Below are positions 1 through 10,806 of a DNA stretch of 64,000 nt, piece by piece (the first letter of the stretch is position 1; every line of letters starts with the position of its first letter). The notes under the pieces were generated by a model. It was given only the letters and a program-made list of their open reading frames with translations. It had not been told where the DNA came from and did not search any database. Source of the stretch: Nitrospinaceae bacterium (GTDB lineage: Bacteria > Nitrospinota > Nitrospinia > Nitrospinales > Nitrospinaceae). The position numbers and the translations under genes were made by a program. The stretch is taken from positions 2,784,001 through 2,848,000 of the forward strand of contig OZ245011.1 of the NCBI GenBank assembly GCA_965223665.1. The letters run 5' to 3'.

Positions 1-65
1 GTAAAACCAATGGCAGAAATTCCAAATATATCTCGCGTTAAATGTGATGATGTATTTTCATTCAT
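1..65 (-). CDS. 5' end of a gene running off the window (MNENTSSHLTRDIFGISAIGF...), product unknown
   Basis: ATG at 65-63 overlaps the nadB stop (ATGA coupling); frame open to the window edge. Confidence 0.5.
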   Translation of the reverse strand, partial: MNENTSSHLTRDIFGISAIGF

Positions 66-1720
66 GGTTTGTAAACCTGAGGGTCTTTTGATGTTATTAA
101 TCGTTGAGTTTCATCCCAAAGTATTGTGTCCTTATTTTGGGTCTCGTCATTTTTGTCAGGATAATCGAGGTTATAATGAAGGCCTCGGCTTTCTTTTCTC
201 TTTAGCGCTCCTTCAATAATTAATTGAGCTGTGATTGCCAGATTTCTTAATTCCAAGGTATCTTTCGTAATTTTAAAATCCCAGTAATATTCTTTTATTT
301 CTTCCAACAAAAGTTCAATTCGCCTTTTAGCCCGGTAAAGTCTTTTATTGGAACGAACAATACCTACATAGTTCCACATCAATCGTCTAATCTCATCCCA
401 ATTGTGAGAAACAATAACAGATTCATCACTTTTGACCGCGTCCCCACTATCCCAATCTGGAATCCGTGATTGGATAGAATCTAAATCCGAGGTAACTTTT
501 GAAAACTCTATTGCCTTTGAGACAGCTCGATGTGAAAGAACTAAACCTTCTAATAACGAATTGCTGGCTAAACGATTGGCACCATGAAGTCCCGAGTAAC
601 AAACTTCTCCTGATGCAAATAGTCGGTTAATATTAGTTTGCCCATTTAAATCCACCATCACCCCACCACACATATAATGTGCGGCTGGCACCACAGGAAT
701 GGGTTCCTTCGTCATATCGTAGCCAAAAGATAGACAGGTTTTATAAATATTCGGAAATCGTTCACGTGTTCGATAACCTTCCAGGTGAGTCATATCCAAA
801 TAAACACAATCGTCTCCGCTTTTCTTCAATTCATAATCAATGGCTCGAGCTACAACATCTCGAGGAGCCAGGCATCCCATAGGATGATAACTCTCCATGA
901 AAGTCGCTCCATTTTTTAAATGAAGAATACCTCCCTCACCACGAACCGCTTCAGAAATTAAAAATGATTTTGCTTCAGGATGATAAAGACAGGTGGGGTG
1001 AAATTGAAAAAATTCCATATTGGCAATTTTTGCTCCAGCTCGATATGCTAAAGCAATTCCGTCCCCGGACGCAATATCTGGATTCGAAGTATAAAGATAA
1101 GCCTTACCTGCTCCACCTGTAGCAAGTAAAATAGCTTTTCCTAAAAAAGTAATAACCTCACCGGTTTCCTCATTTAAGACATACAGACCTAATGCTTCAT
1201 CCTCAATGCTTCCTGGAATTATCTTAGAATCGAGGTTGGCACGTGTGATTATATCCACTGCCATATGTTTGGGATAACATTCGATATTGGGTTTATTACC
1301 TACAGCATCTATTAGTGTACGCTCAATTTCTAATCCGGTAAAATCATCCGCATGTAAAATACGATGCTTTGAATGTCCTCCTTCGCGCGTTAAATGATAA
1401 GTATCTTCTTGCGTACGAGTAAACTTGGCACCCAATTCAACCAATTCACGCACCAAAGCAGGACCCTCACGAATAATACATCGCACAACATCTTCTTTAC
1501 ACAAACCCCGCCCTGCTTCCATGGTGTCAGCAACATGAAGATCAAAGGAATCATCCGCAGCCATCACCGAAGCAATACCCCCTTGGGCATATTTGGTAGC
1601 AGATTCTTCTATCGCATCCTTAGTGATTAGGGCCACAGATCCAAACTCAGCAACCTTGAGGGCAAACGTCAATCCTGCCAAACCACTTCCAATCACAATA
1701 AAATCTTTTGAGACCTTCAT
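62..1720 (-). CDS. nadB: L-aspartate oxidase
   Basis: GSGLAG FAD motif, YAQGGIA, EGGHS, QFHPT, SEAVRGEG, LAPRDVVAR, GLHGANRLASNSLLE, ESRGLHY. Confidence 0.97.
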   Translation of the reverse strand: MKVSKDFIVIGSGLAGLTFALKVAEFGSVALITKDAIEESATKYAQGGIASVMAADDSFDLHVADTMEAGRGLCKEDVVRCIIREGPALVRELVELGAKFTRTQEDTYHLTREGGHSKHRILHADDFTGLEIERTLIDAVGNKPNIECYPKHMAVDIITRANLDSKIIPGSIEDEALGLYVLNEETGEVITFLGKAILLATGGAGKAYLYTSNPDIASGDGIALAYRAGAKIANMEFFQFHPTCLYHPEAKSFLISEAVRGEGGILHLKNGATFMESYHPMGCLAPRDVVARAIDYELKKSGDDCVYLDMTHLEGYRTRERFPNIYKTCLSFGYDMTKEPIPVVPAAHYMCGGVMVDLNGQTNINRLFASGEVCYSGLHGANRLASNSLLEGLVLSHRAVSKAIEFSKVTSDLDSIQSRIPDWDSGDAVKSDESVIVSHNWDEIRRLMWNYVGIVRSNKRLYRAKRRIELLLEEIKEYYWDFKITKDTLELRNLAITAQLIIEGALKRKESRGLHYNLDYPDKNDETQNKDTILWDETQRLITSKDPQVYKP

Positions 1721-1728
1721 AGCTTGGG

Positions 1729-1757
1729 ATTATATGACTTTAACCCTTTAAAATCAA
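1729..1757 (-). promoter_or_regulatory. sigma70-type promoter of nadB
   Basis: TTGATT-17 nt-TATAAT on the minus strand, ending 8 nt before the ATG. Confidence 0.6.
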
Positions 1758-1903
1758 TGGGATAATAGGAGCAAATCAATACGGGGTTTTCTAGAATTTT
1801 TTCTTAAAAAATGAAACCTGTTAGGCGTAAGGGGTTAGGTAGGTTAAATAAATGAGCCCTGGCAATGGGAAAGAATCAATATTTTCGAAAATACGAGATT
1901 ATT

Positions 1904-3061
1904 TTAAGCTTGCGAGGCAACAGATATGAGTTTACGTGTTTCCTCACGTGCCCAACGATCTGCATTTAAAACATCTTCCAGGGAATTCAATTTATGGCTC
2001 TTATGGTTCTGCATGGTAAGTCGTATTATTTCGGCAATATCTTTATAAGGTATCAGTTGATCCAAAAATGCAGCGACAGCAATTTCATTAGCCGCATTTA
2101 AAACCGCTGGCATGGTATCACCCACTTCCAATGCATCTTTAGCAAGTTGCAGGCAAGGAAAACGTTTAAAATCGGGAGGTTCAAAAGTTAAATTCGACAT
2201 TTCGGCCAAATCTAATGAAGGCAAATCGCACTCCACCCGGTCCGGGTAGGATAACGCATAAGCAATCGGGACTCGCATATCCGGAATTCCCAGTTGAGCC
2301 ATAATGGAAGTATCAACAAATTCAATCATTGAATGAATAATACTTTGAGCGTGAACAATTATATCTACCGGGGTGTCCAACCCAAATAACCATTTAGCCT
2401 CGATATATTCCAATCCTTTATTCATCATGGTTGAAGAATCAATGGTAATTTTATTTCCCATAATCCAATTGGGATGATTTAGAGCTTCCTTGACCGTTAC
2501 TGTTTCCATTTGCTCAGTAGTAAATGTTCTAAAGGGGCCTCCAGATGCGGTAAGAATAATTCGTCTTACACGGTCGCGGTTTTCTCCATTGAGTGCTTGA
2601 AAAATAGCACTGTGCTCACTGTCAATCGGAATAATATAAGAACCATCCCTAACAGCCTCTACCATAAGCTTGCCTGCGGCCACTAAAGTCTCTTTATTTG
2701 CAAGGGCAATAGTTTTTCCCGATTGTGCCGCGGCATAGGTGGGAACTAATCCTGCAAATCCAACCATCCCGGAAACCACCAAATCAACCTCAGGGAGTGT
2801 GGCTGCAATTACCGAACCTGCTTCTCCAGTCAGAATTTCAACCGGAATTCCATTTAATAATTGCCGAAGCTCTTTAGCTTTATTTTCATCAAAAAGGGAA
2901 ACAACTTTAGGTTGGAATTTTTTGACCTGACCTGCAAGAACCTCCACATTACTTCCTGCAGCTAAGCTTAAAATTTGAAATTTTTCAGGATTGCGGGCAA
3001 CCACGTCAAGTGTATTTACCCCAATGGAACCGGTAGAACCTAAAATGGACAATGTTTTCAT
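1904..3061 (-). CDS. dxr: 1-deoxy-D-xylulose 5-phosphate reductoisomerase
   Basis: LGSTGSIG, LANKE, PIDSEH, TASGGPF, HPNWIMG, DSSTMMNKGLE; start moved to ATG 3061 (MKTLSILG). Confidence 0.97.
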   Translation of the reverse strand: MKTLSILGSTGSIGVNTLDVVARNPEKFQILSLAAGSNVEVLAGQVKKFQPKVVSLFDENKAKELRQLLNGIPVEILTGEAGSVIAATLPEVDLVVSGMVGFAGLVPTYAAAQSGKTIALANKETLVAAGKLMVEAVRDGSYIIPIDSEHSAIFQALNGENRDRVRRIILTASGGPFRTFTTEQMETVTVKEALNHPNWIMGNKITIDSSTMMNKGLEYIEAKWLFGLDTPVDIIVHAQSIIHSMIEFVDTSIMAQLGIPDMRVPIAYALSYPDRVECDLPSLDLAEMSNLTFEPPDFKRFPCLQLAKDALEVGDTMPAVLNAANEIAVAAFLDQLIPYKDIAEIIRLTMQNHKSHKLNSLEDVLNADRWAREETRKLISVASQA

Positions 3062-3332
3062 AAGCATCCACAACGAACAAATTAGTTTCAAAATTAATAG
3101 AAAGATGAAACTAAATTAATTATCCGCCCGGTTAGAGTCGTATAGACTAACATTTTTGATGGTCTTAAAAACGGTTGCCTACAAAACCATAATAAAAATG
3201 TTTTTTGTAATTATTTCTAAAAAAGTGGAAGAGCACTTACCACCTTCAAAAATCAAACTTTGAAACAATAGTTAAAACTCAAAGAAAAATTACCTCTACA
3301 CTAATCTGTCACTTTAACAGAAAAATGAAAGC

Positions 3333-4148
3333 TCAAAAAAATAGTCTTTGATAGCAATACAAAGCTGGACCTGCAAACATTAAGCTATCTAGTCGATCTA
3401 ATATTCCTCCGTGTCCGGGGATAAGAGAGCCAGAGTCTTTAACATTAGCACTTCGCTTTAATAGTGATTCAGCGATATCCCCAATTTGACCGATGATACC
3501 GCATAAAAGGGATATAATCAAACAATGCGTTATAGAAATTCCCTTAAGAAACCATAGGTTAGATAAAACACCTGCAAGCAACGCACCCCCAATTCCTCCG
3601 ATAGCACCTTCCACTGTTTTACCAGGGCTTATATTGGGAACCAAAGCAGTGACACCTAAAGTTTTACCTACAAAGAAAGCAACCGAATCACTTAACCAGA
3701 TTATTAAAAACAAAAATAATATGATTTGAGGTCCCTGAGGTTGATCGCGAATCAAAAGAAAATAACCCATTAAACCTGCCACAAAAACTACACCTAAGAA
3801 TGTATATGCTAATGGGTCTAATCCATCTCTAAAACTTTTAAAAGAATTTATCCAGGTAACGAATAACAAAAAAATTGCAAAGAATAACCACAATAAAAAA
3901 TAATCATTCATAAAAAAACACAATAACAGTAGAACGCATAACACACTACCAGTCAAAGGAAAGCCTTCAATACCCATGCTTCGTATTAAGTGAAAGTATT
4001 CATAAAATCCACCTAATGCTACCGCTAAGATCAAAACAAAAAATAAGTGCGCCGACCCGTATAAAAGAATACCCAAAGTTACAGGTATTAAAATTACAGC
4101 ACTGATTATTCGCTTAAACGTATTTTCAGTAAGTAAATTAGCTTTCAC
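3333..4148 (-). CDS. cdsA: phosphatidate cytidylyltransferase
   Basis: Multi-pass membrane protein; SPGKTVEG, ESLLKR..VKDSG.LIPGHGGILDRLD; synteny with uppS and dxr. Confidence 0.95.
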   Translation of the reverse strand: MKANLLTENTFKRIISAVILIPVTLGILLYGSAHLFFVLILAVALGGFYEYFHLIRSMGIEGFPLTGSVLCVLLLLCFFMNDYFLLWLFFAIFLLFVTWINSFKSFRDGLDPLAYTFLGVVFVAGLMGYFLLIRDQPQGPQIILFLFLIIWLSDSVAFFVGKTLGVTALVPNISPGKTVEGAIGGIGGALLAGVLSNLWFLKGISITHCLIISLLCGIIGQIGDIAESLLKRSANVKDSGSLIPGHGGILDRLDSLMFAGPALYCYQRLFF

Positions 4149-4179
4149 TATTTAGTAGTCAATGTAAATTTAGAATCGG

Positions 4180-4935
4180 TTAAGCCTTTACAATTTGTTC
4201 CTGAATAAGACCAAACCTTCTTTCTCTTTTTTGGAAATCAATGATAGCGGTAAGAAAATCTTCTTCTTTAAAATCAGGCCAAAGCACTTGAGTGTAATGC
4301 AGTTCGGTGTAGGCAATTTGATAAAGAAGAAAGTTACTAATACGTAGTTCTCCACTTGTCCTAATTAATAAATCAGGATCTGGAAGACCATGAGTGGAAA
4401 GTCCGTTTTCAAATTCCGGAAAATCAATGTCCTCGATGTGTAATCGTCCATCCAACACTTTTTGGGCAGTCTTTTTTACTGCATCAATAATTTCTTGCCG
4501 TCCCCCGTAACTGAGGGCTAAAGTTAATACCAACCCTGTATTATCACGGGTAAAATCTTTTGCGTGTTGGATAAGGTCTTGAATAGGACCTGGAAGTTCA
4601 TAAACACGGCCAATGGTATTAAATCTAATATTTTCCTTTTTCATTCGATCTAATTCCTTACGTAGAAATTGATCTAAAATTTTCATCAAAGCTTCAATTT
4701 CCGGCCGAGGACGATTCCAATTTTCATCAGAAAAAGAATATAAGGTAAGAGCTTCTATTTTCATTTTTGTAGCAAGGGTTACAATTCGATCTACAGACTT
4801 GACTCCCATACGATGTCCTTCAACGCGGGGCATAAAATTCTTTTTAGCCCAGCGACCATTTCCATCCATAATAATTGCTACATGTCGAGGTAATCTTTTC
4901 GGATTAATTTTTTGCATTAATGAGGTATTTGACAA
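4180..4935 (-). CDS. uppS: undecaprenyl diphosphate synthase
   Basis: HVAIIMDGNGRWA, SDENWNRP, YGGRQEI, DLLIRTSGELRISNF. Confidence 0.96.
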   Translation of the reverse strand: MSNTSLMQKINPKRLPRHVAIIMDGNGRWAKKNFMPRVEGHRMGVKSVDRIVTLATKMKIEALTLYSFSDENWNRPRPEIEALMKILDQFLRKELDRMKKENIRFNTIGRVYELPGPIQDLIQHAKDFTRDNTGLVLTLALSYGGRQEIIDAVKKTAQKVLDGRLHIEDIDFPEFENGLSTHGLPDPDLLIRTSGELRISNFLLYQIAYTELHYTQVLWPDFKEEDFLTAIIDFQKRERRFGLIQEQIVKA

Positions 4936-5032
4936 GGTAGGATCTCCAAAGCATGGGAATAAATTTTAACCTACTACCCTAATGACGATAGTGGAGCAAA
5001 TTCAAATATTACTTAATATTATAAGGGAATAA

Positions 5033-5587
5033 TTATACTTCGAGGACATCTTTTTCTTTAATTGCGGCAATCTTATCAGCTTCCTCAATAAATTGGTCTG
5101 TCAATTTTTGAATCTTTTCATGCCCCTTGTGCTCATCATCTTTTGAAATTTCATGATTTTTTTCCATCACCTTGATCTTATCGTTAAAATCTCTTCGAAT
5201 ATTACGAATAGCCACCCGACAATCTTCGGTATATTTTTTTACAACTTTAGATAACTGCTGTCTACGTTCTTGAGTTAAGGGTGGAATACTCAGACGAATG
5301 ACTTTACCATCATTCGAAGGATTTAACCCTAGATCAGAAGATTGAATGGCTTTTTCAATTACAGGAAGGAGAGTAGCATCCCAAGGGGTAATAGTAATTG
5401 TTTTGCTATCAGGTACCCCCAGGGTTGAAGCTTGAGCTAAAGGGGTAGGGGTTCCATAATAATCCACTTTAATATCTTCAACTAATGAAACCGATGCTCG
5501 ACCAGTACGAATTTTTCCAAATTCTACGTGCAGGTGGTCAATGGAGGCTTTCATTTTTCGTTCTGATTCTTTTAATAATTCATCCAT
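5033..5587 (-). CDS. frr: ribosome recycling factor
   Basis: IRTGRA, VDYYGTPTPL, LGLNPSNDG, RVAIRNIRRD. Confidence 0.97.
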   Translation of the reverse strand: MDELLKESERKMKASIDHLHVEFGKIRTGRASVSLVEDIKVDYYGTPTPLAQASTLGVPDSKTITITPWDATLLPVIEKAIQSSDLGLNPSNDGKVIRLSIPPLTQERRQQLSKVVKKYTEDCRVAIRNIRRDFNDKIKVMEKNHEISKDDEHKGHEKIQKLTDQFIEEADKIAAIKEKDVLEV

Positions 5588-5588
5588 T

Positions 5589-6311
5589 TTAATTGGCTCC
5601 CACAGTGGTTCCTATTTTTTCACCTAAAATGGCTCTTTTGATACTATTTTTTTCACGGAAATTAAAAATCATCATTGGAAGCTTATTATCCATGCATAAG
5701 GAAACAGATGTCGAATCCATTACCTTGAGCCCCTTATTTAATACATCTATATAAGAAAGTTCTTGATACTTAGTGGCATTAGAATCCAGTTTAGGATCGG
5801 CTGAATAGACTCCGTCCACTTTGGTCGCTTTAAAAATGACTTCCGCTTCCACCTCGATAGCTCTTAAAGATGCTGCCGTATCAGTGGTGAAATACGGATT
5901 TCCCGTCCCAGCAGCAAAAATGACAACTCGATCTTTTTCTAAATGGCGAATTGCGCGGCGACGAACATAGGGCTCCGCAACCTGACGTATTTCTAATGCT
6001 GTCAAAACTCGAGTAGGAACTCCTTGCATTTCTAAAGCATTTTGCAAGGCTAAAGAATTAATGACCGTCGCTAGCATTCCCATATAATCTGCGGTAACTC
6101 GTTCCATTCCTAAATTGCTAACGGTGGCACCCCGCAAAATATTTCCACCCCCAATAACAATTGCAATTTGAACTCCTAAGTTTTTAGCTTCCAATATTTC
6201 AGTGGCAATGGAAGTAATAGCCACTTGGTCAATACCAAATCCACCTTCTTCGGCAGCTACACTTTCACCACCCAGCTTTAATAAAATCCTTCGGTACTTA
6301 GGTTGATCCAA
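5589..6311 (-). CDS. pyrH: UMP kinase
   Basis: [36 protein letters not shown] start with GGAG upstream. Confidence 0.97.
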   Translation of the reverse strand: MDQPKYRRILLKLGGESVAAEEGGFGIDQVAITSIATEILEAKNLGVQIAIVIGGGNILRGATVSNLGMERVTADYMGMLATVINSLALQNALEMQGVPTRVLTALEIRQVAEPYVRRRAIRHLEKDRVVIFAAGTGNPYFTTDTAASLRAIEVEAEVIFKATKVDGVYSADPKLDSNATKYQELSYIDVLNKGLKVMDSTSVSLCMDNKLPMMIFNFREKNSIKRAILGEKIGTTVGAN

Positions 6312-6325
6312 AATGCTCTCCTCAA

Positions 6326-6922
6326 TTACTTGGAAATTTCCATCCGATGAAATTCACCCACTGTAATATTTTCCCCTAATTTGGCAATTTTTTGTTTTAT
6401 CAATTCTTCAATTGTCAAACTAGTATCTTTAATAAAGGCTTGGTTCAACAGGCAATTTTCTTCATAAAATTTATCCATTTTCCCTTGGACAATTTTATCA
6501 ATGACTTTTTCAGGCTTTCCAGATTCTCGAGCTTGATGGGCAAAGATTTCTCGCTCTTTATCTAAAACTTCCTGAGTCACTTCTTCTCGTGATTTAAATC
6601 GTGGTTTAGATGCCGCTATATGCATGGCAATGTCACGTAATAAATCACGAAAATCATCTGTATTAGCAACAAAATCGGTTTCGCAATTTAATTTAACTAA
6701 AACTCCAATTTTGTTTCCTGCATGAATATAAGAACCTACAGAGCCGTCACCTGTTTCACGATCACCCTTTTTTTCTGCTTTCGCTATACCTCGCTTACGC
6801 AGGTAGGTCATTGCATCGTCTAAATTTCCTTCGTTCTCCTTAAGAGCGTTCTTACACTCCATAATTCCGGCACCTGATTTTTCGCGCAACTCTTTAACCA
6901 TTGCCGCTGTAACCTCTACCAT
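6326..6922 (-). CDS. tsf: elongation factor Ts (short 198-aa form)
   Basis: [31 protein letters not shown]. Confidence 0.97.
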   Translation of the reverse strand: MVEVTAAMVKELREKSGAGIMECKNALKENEGNLDDAMTYLRKRGIAKAEKKGDRETGDGSVGSYIHAGNKIGVLVKLNCETDFVANTDDFRDLLRDIAMHIAASKPRFKSREEVTQEVLDKEREIFAHQARESGKPEKVIDKIVQGKMDKFYEENCLLNQAFIKDTSLTIEELIKQKIAKLGENITVGEFHRMEISK

Positions 6923-6960
6923 TCTAAATTTCTCCTTTTCTTTCTTTACAAACAGAAACC

Positions 6961-7003
6961 TTAAGGGAAACCTTTCCGAATAAAGTAGGAAAAGTACCCT
7001 TAA
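6961..7003 (-). terminator. intergenic stem-loop between rpsB and tsf (possible attenuator or processing structure)
   Basis: TTAAGGG...CCCTTAA outer and CTTTTCC/GGAAAGG inner inverted repeats; no clean U-tract. Confidence 0.4.
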
Positions 7004-7063
7004 AAAATTTGAATTCTCAATTCGTTAATTAATAAAAACTGGATTACAAGCAAAACCTTTAAG

Positions 7064-7906
7064 CTATTCTTCTTTTTTCAATTCAGAATCCGTTTCTCCA
7101 GATGAAACATCAGCTTCAACTTCATCGGGCACCTTTGAAGGTTCTGTTTCTGTAGCCTCTGTAAATTCTTGCTTGGTATTGGAAGGCTCCTGCTCTTCTT
7201 GTTTATCTTTTTTGGAAGCCTTATACAACTCTTGACCTTCTAAACAAATATCAGCTAGGCGGGTGGTGAACAATCCAATAGAACGGATAGCATCATCATT
7301 CCCCGGAATTATATAATCAATTCCTTCGGGGTCACAGTTCGTATCTACAATGGCAATAACCTTAATACCTAACTTAACGGCTTCTAGTAAGGCAATACGT
7401 TCTTTTCTAGTATCAATAATAAATACAGCATCAGGAAGATCCCGCATTTGTTTAATACCGCTTAAAAACTTATTGAGTTTTGCAATTTCTTTTCGTTTTT
7501 GTTGAGCTTCTTTCTTGTGGAGTTGCTCAAAATTAGTCTCTTCTTCCATTTTTTCCAACTCCAAAAGACGGTCTATACTACGCCGTATAGTGGAAAAGTT
7601 TGTCATGGTTCCACCAAGCCAACGCTGATTCACATAATACATGCCACAACGTTGAGCTTGCTCAGCCACCAATTCCTGAGCCTGCTTTTTTGTAGCAACA
7701 AATAGTATTTTCTTCCCCTCCTGCGCTAGAGAACGAACATAATTTTCTGCTTCTTTGCATTTTGTTAGGGTTTTTTGTAAATTTACAATATGGATCCCGT
7801 TACGTGCTCCATATATATACGACCTCATTTTGGGATTCCACCGAGTAGTCTGGTGACCAAAATGAACCCCCGACTCTAACAGTTCTTTCATGGTAATTTC
7901 TGACAT
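7064..7906 (-). CDS. rpsB: 30S ribosomal protein S2
   Basis: [37 protein letters not shown]; acidic C-terminal tail. Confidence 0.98.
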   Translation of the reverse strand: MSEITMKELLESGVHFGHQTTRWNPKMRSYIYGARNGIHIVNLQKTLTKCKEAENYVRSLAQEGKKILFVATKKQAQELVAEQAQRCGMYYVNQRWLGGTMTNFSTIRRSIDRLLELEKMEEETNFEQLHKKEAQQKRKEIAKLNKFLSGIKQMRDLPDAVFIIDTRKERIALLEAVKLGIKVIAIVDTNCDPEGIDYIIPGNDDAIRSIGLFTTRLADICLEGQELYKASKKDKQEEQEPSNTKQEFTEATETEPSKVPDEVEADVSSGETDSELKKEE

Positions 7907-8010
7907 TAAATTCTCCTAAAAAACAAAATTGGTTAATCCGCCGCCTAGTTCATCCCAAACCAAGAACCCGAAGGCCACCCTTGGTCCAGTCCATAGACGT
8001 GTGTATTGAT
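7907..8010 (-). ncRNA. rpsB leader (t44-like, S2 autoregulatory element)
   Basis: GC-rich structured 5'UTR starting AUACACACGUC, with CCAAGGG-(UUCG loop)-UUCUUGG hairpin, directly upstream of rpsB. Confidence 0.7.
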
Positions 8011-8066
8011 AAATAATTAAAAACAGGTAAGTTATGCACTACAAGGTCATAAGATGCTGTGGCGAA

Positions 8067-8095
8067 AGTTTAACATATCCCTAATTCTCAGGCAA
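8067..8095 (-). promoter_or_regulatory. sigma70-type promoter of the rpsB-tsf operon
   Basis: TTGCCT-17 nt-TAAACT with extended -10 TG. Confidence 0.55.
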
Positions 8096-8229
8096 GGATT
8101 TACCATAATTACATGGGGTAATTATCCAATATAACTAAAGAAACGGAATTTCCACAAATATTTATAATTTTAGGAACTTTTCAGGACCAATGAATGAAGG
8201 ATAGGGTTTTTCAATCAGGTTAAAGTCTT

Positions 8230-9324
8230 TTATCTTCCAAAGGTGATACCAATAGATTCGGCCGATCTAATAAGTTGCGAATTAAGCGGTACTTGTCGTA
8301 CTTTTCCGGCTAATTTTTCCAAGGGAACCAGCACCAATTCGGGGGTTTTTAGAGCCACCATATTTCCAAAGCGTCCCTTAACTGCAGCATGGAGCGCGAA
8401 TGAACCCAAACGGGTGCCGAACACCCTATCAAATGAGTTAGGGGTCCCCCCCCTTTGTATATGTCCTAGTACCGTACATCTTACTTCGGAATCAATTTCC
8501 TTAACTAATTGATGGGCAATAAAATCTCCTACGCCTCCAAGTTTATCAACCCCTTGGAGTCTATTACCTGCAACTTCACTGGTAATTGGATTTCCCCCTT
8601 CTTCTACTGCCCCTTCAGCAACAACTATAATGGTAAATGGCCATCCATTTTCTTGCCGCCAGCGAATTTTATCCAACACCAAATTTAGATTATAAGGAAT
8701 TTCAGGAATCAATATTACATGCGCCCCACCTGATAATCCTGATTCCAAAGCAATCCAACCTGAATGTCTCCCCATTACTTCGAGAATCATAACTCTGGAA
8801 TGGCTTCGACCTGTGGTTTGCAATCTATCCAAGGCATCACTCGCTACTTGAACTGCAGTTTGGTATCCAAACGAATAATCTGTGCCATACAAATCGTTAT
8901 CAATGGTTTTGGGAACTCCAATTACAGGCATTCCTCTTTTTGAAAACTCGTTAGCAATTTGGAGGGTACCCTCTCCTCCAACGACAAATAAACAATCTAT
9001 TTGAAGTTGATCAAAGTTTTTTAGAACTCTTTCAGAATAATCATGAGTATTAATTTTTCCGTGTTCATCCTGTTCCTTGAAGGCAAAAGGGTTGCCTTTA
9101 TTAGAGGCTCCTAAAATTGTACCTCCCAATGTTAGAATGTCCCGAACACTTCGGGCAGTTAACTCTTGAGTGCGGTTAAAAATTAATCCTTCAAATCCTT
9201 CCTGAATTCCAATGACTGTCATGTCATGCTTCTGAATTGCAGCAAGAGTTATCCCGCGGATGACTGCGTTTAGACCTGAACAGTCTCCTCCTCCAGTTAA
9301 TATTCCAACTCTTTTAACTTTCAT
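8230..9324 (-). CDS. pfkA: 6-phosphofructokinase
   Basis: TGGGDCSGLN, GGTILG, GGEGT, PKTIDND, EVMGRH, LGHIQRGG; Gly in GGEG suggests ATP use. Confidence 0.92.
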   Translation of the reverse strand: MKVKRVGILTGGGDCSGLNAVIRGITLAAIQKHDMTVIGIQEGFEGLIFNRTQELTARSVRDILTLGGTILGASNKGNPFAFKEQDEHGKINTHDYSERVLKNFDQLQIDCLFVVGGEGTLQIANEFSKRGMPVIGVPKTIDNDLYGTDYSFGYQTAVQVASDALDRLQTTGRSHSRVMILEVMGRHSGWIALESGLSGGAHVILIPEIPYNLNLVLDKIRWRQENGWPFTIIVVAEGAVEEGGNPITSEVAGNRLQGVDKLGGVGDFIAHQLVKEIDSEVRCTVLGHIQRGGTPNSFDRVFGTRLGSFALHAAVKGRFGNMVALKTPELVLVPLEKLAGKVRQVPLNSQLIRSAESIGITFGR

Positions 9325-9347
9325 GGAATGAATAGTTTCTAGTTTCC

Positions 9348-10679
9348 TTAATTTTCAAAATTGTTAGTAGCAATTAAATCATAATCCAAACTACCAATAA
9401 TTTTCATTGGAACGATTTGGCCAGGTTCAACAGGGCTATTCTCAATAATTATTTGACCGTCTATTTCAGGGGCCTGAAAAGGCATTCGACCCGTTAAAAG
9501 CATCGAGTCTTCTTCTAACTCTTCAATCAAAACCGGGTGGATTTGACCTAATCGAAGGGAATGGTTTTCTTTAACAATTTTGTTTTGCGCTTCCATTAAA
9601 ATTGAACGTCTTTCATCTCCTATGCGATTTTCTACTTTATCAGGATAATTAAAAGCTGTAGTTCCTGGTTCATCGGAATATGCAAAGGCACCTAAATGAT
9701 CAAATCGCATTTCTTCCACAAACTTAAGCATGTGTTGAAAGTGATAATCTTTTTCTCCTGGAAAACCGGTGATCATAGTGGTTCGAAGAGTAATACCAGG
9801 AATTTGGGTTCTCATTTGTTCAATCATTTCGCGTACCCCTTTTTCACGTTCTTGCCGTTTCATGTGTTGCAACATTTCATCATGGGTATGCTGTAGGGGA
9901 ACATCAATATATTTACAAACCGAATCAATGCGTTGAATTGCATTTATTAGGGCTGAATTGATAGTAGTTGGGTAGCAATAGAGCAGGCGAATCCATTCTA
10001 CTCCTTCAACTTCTGCCAAGGACTCTAACAAGCGAACTAAACCATCCTTCATACGAATATCGTAACCGTAAAGAGTGGTGTCCTGTGATATTAAATTAAA
10101 TTCGCGAACGCCTTGAACAGCCAATTGACGAACTTCCTGGACAATGGATTCCAAAGGACGACTTTGAATAGGGCCTCTCAGTTGCGGAATAATGCAAAAC
10201 GCACATTTGTTAGAACACCCTTCTGAAATTTTTACATACGCCGAGTAAAAAGGTGTGGTTAATACCCGATTGTGATAATCCTCAAAATATTGAGCCGGCT
10301 CATGTACCAGGTTTTTCTTTTTTGATGTTTGGCACCCATTTAATAGTTTTCTTAACATCGGATACTGCTTTGTTCCTAATAAATGATCAATTTCAGGAAT
10401 TTCTTTGAGTAATTCTTCTGGGTGCCGCTCTGCCAGGCATCCGGTCACCACTAATTGCTGACATTTGCCCTCTGTTTTGTGTTGGGCCATTTCTAGAATG
10501 GTATCAATAGATTCTTTAACTGAAGATTGTAAGAATCCGCAGGTATTAACAATTAGAACATCTGCTTCTTCTTTGTCTGGAGTCATTTCATAACCCTGAC
10601 TCTTTAAATCACCCAATAAATTTTCAGTGTCCACCAAGTTTTTAGGACACCCCAAACTGACCATTCCAATTTTTTTCAT
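9348..10679 (-). CDS. rimO: ribosomal protein S12 methylthiotransferase
   Basis: SLGCPKNLVD, NTCGF, CSNKCAFC radical SAM motif, APEIDG TRAM domain. Confidence 0.95.
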   Translation of the reverse strand: MKKIGMVSLGCPKNLVDTENLLGDLKSQGYEMTPDKEEADVLIVNTCGFLQSSVKESIDTILEMAQHKTEGKCQQLVVTGCLAERHPEELLKEIPEIDHLLGTKQYPMLRKLLNGCQTSKKKNLVHEPAQYFEDYHNRVLTTPFYSAYVKISEGCSNKCAFCIIPQLRGPIQSRPLESIVQEVRQLAVQGVREFNLISQDTTLYGYDIRMKDGLVRLLESLAEVEGVEWIRLLYCYPTTINSALINAIQRIDSVCKYIDVPLQHTHDEMLQHMKRQEREKGVREMIEQMRTQIPGITLRTTMITGFPGEKDYHFQHMLKFVEEMRFDHLGAFAYSDEPGTTAFNYPDKVENRIGDERRSILMEAQNKIVKENHSLRLGQIHPVLIEELEEDSMLLTGRMPFQAPEIDGQIIIENSPVEPGQIVPMKIIGSLDYDLIATNNFEN

Positions 10680-10806
10680 AAGTAAAAAATATTAGTGTTG
10701 TTTAATTGCCTATATTTACCACCAGCCACATTGAGCCCTGCGAAACATAAAGGGATAATAAATATATAAGTTAATTTTATATTACAAAATGAGAGGTAGG
10801 ATTATA

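Noticed and set aside
6326-6922. Short EF-Ts as a truncation
   Set aside because: About 200-aa EF-Ts is a known natural form and the reading frame is intact
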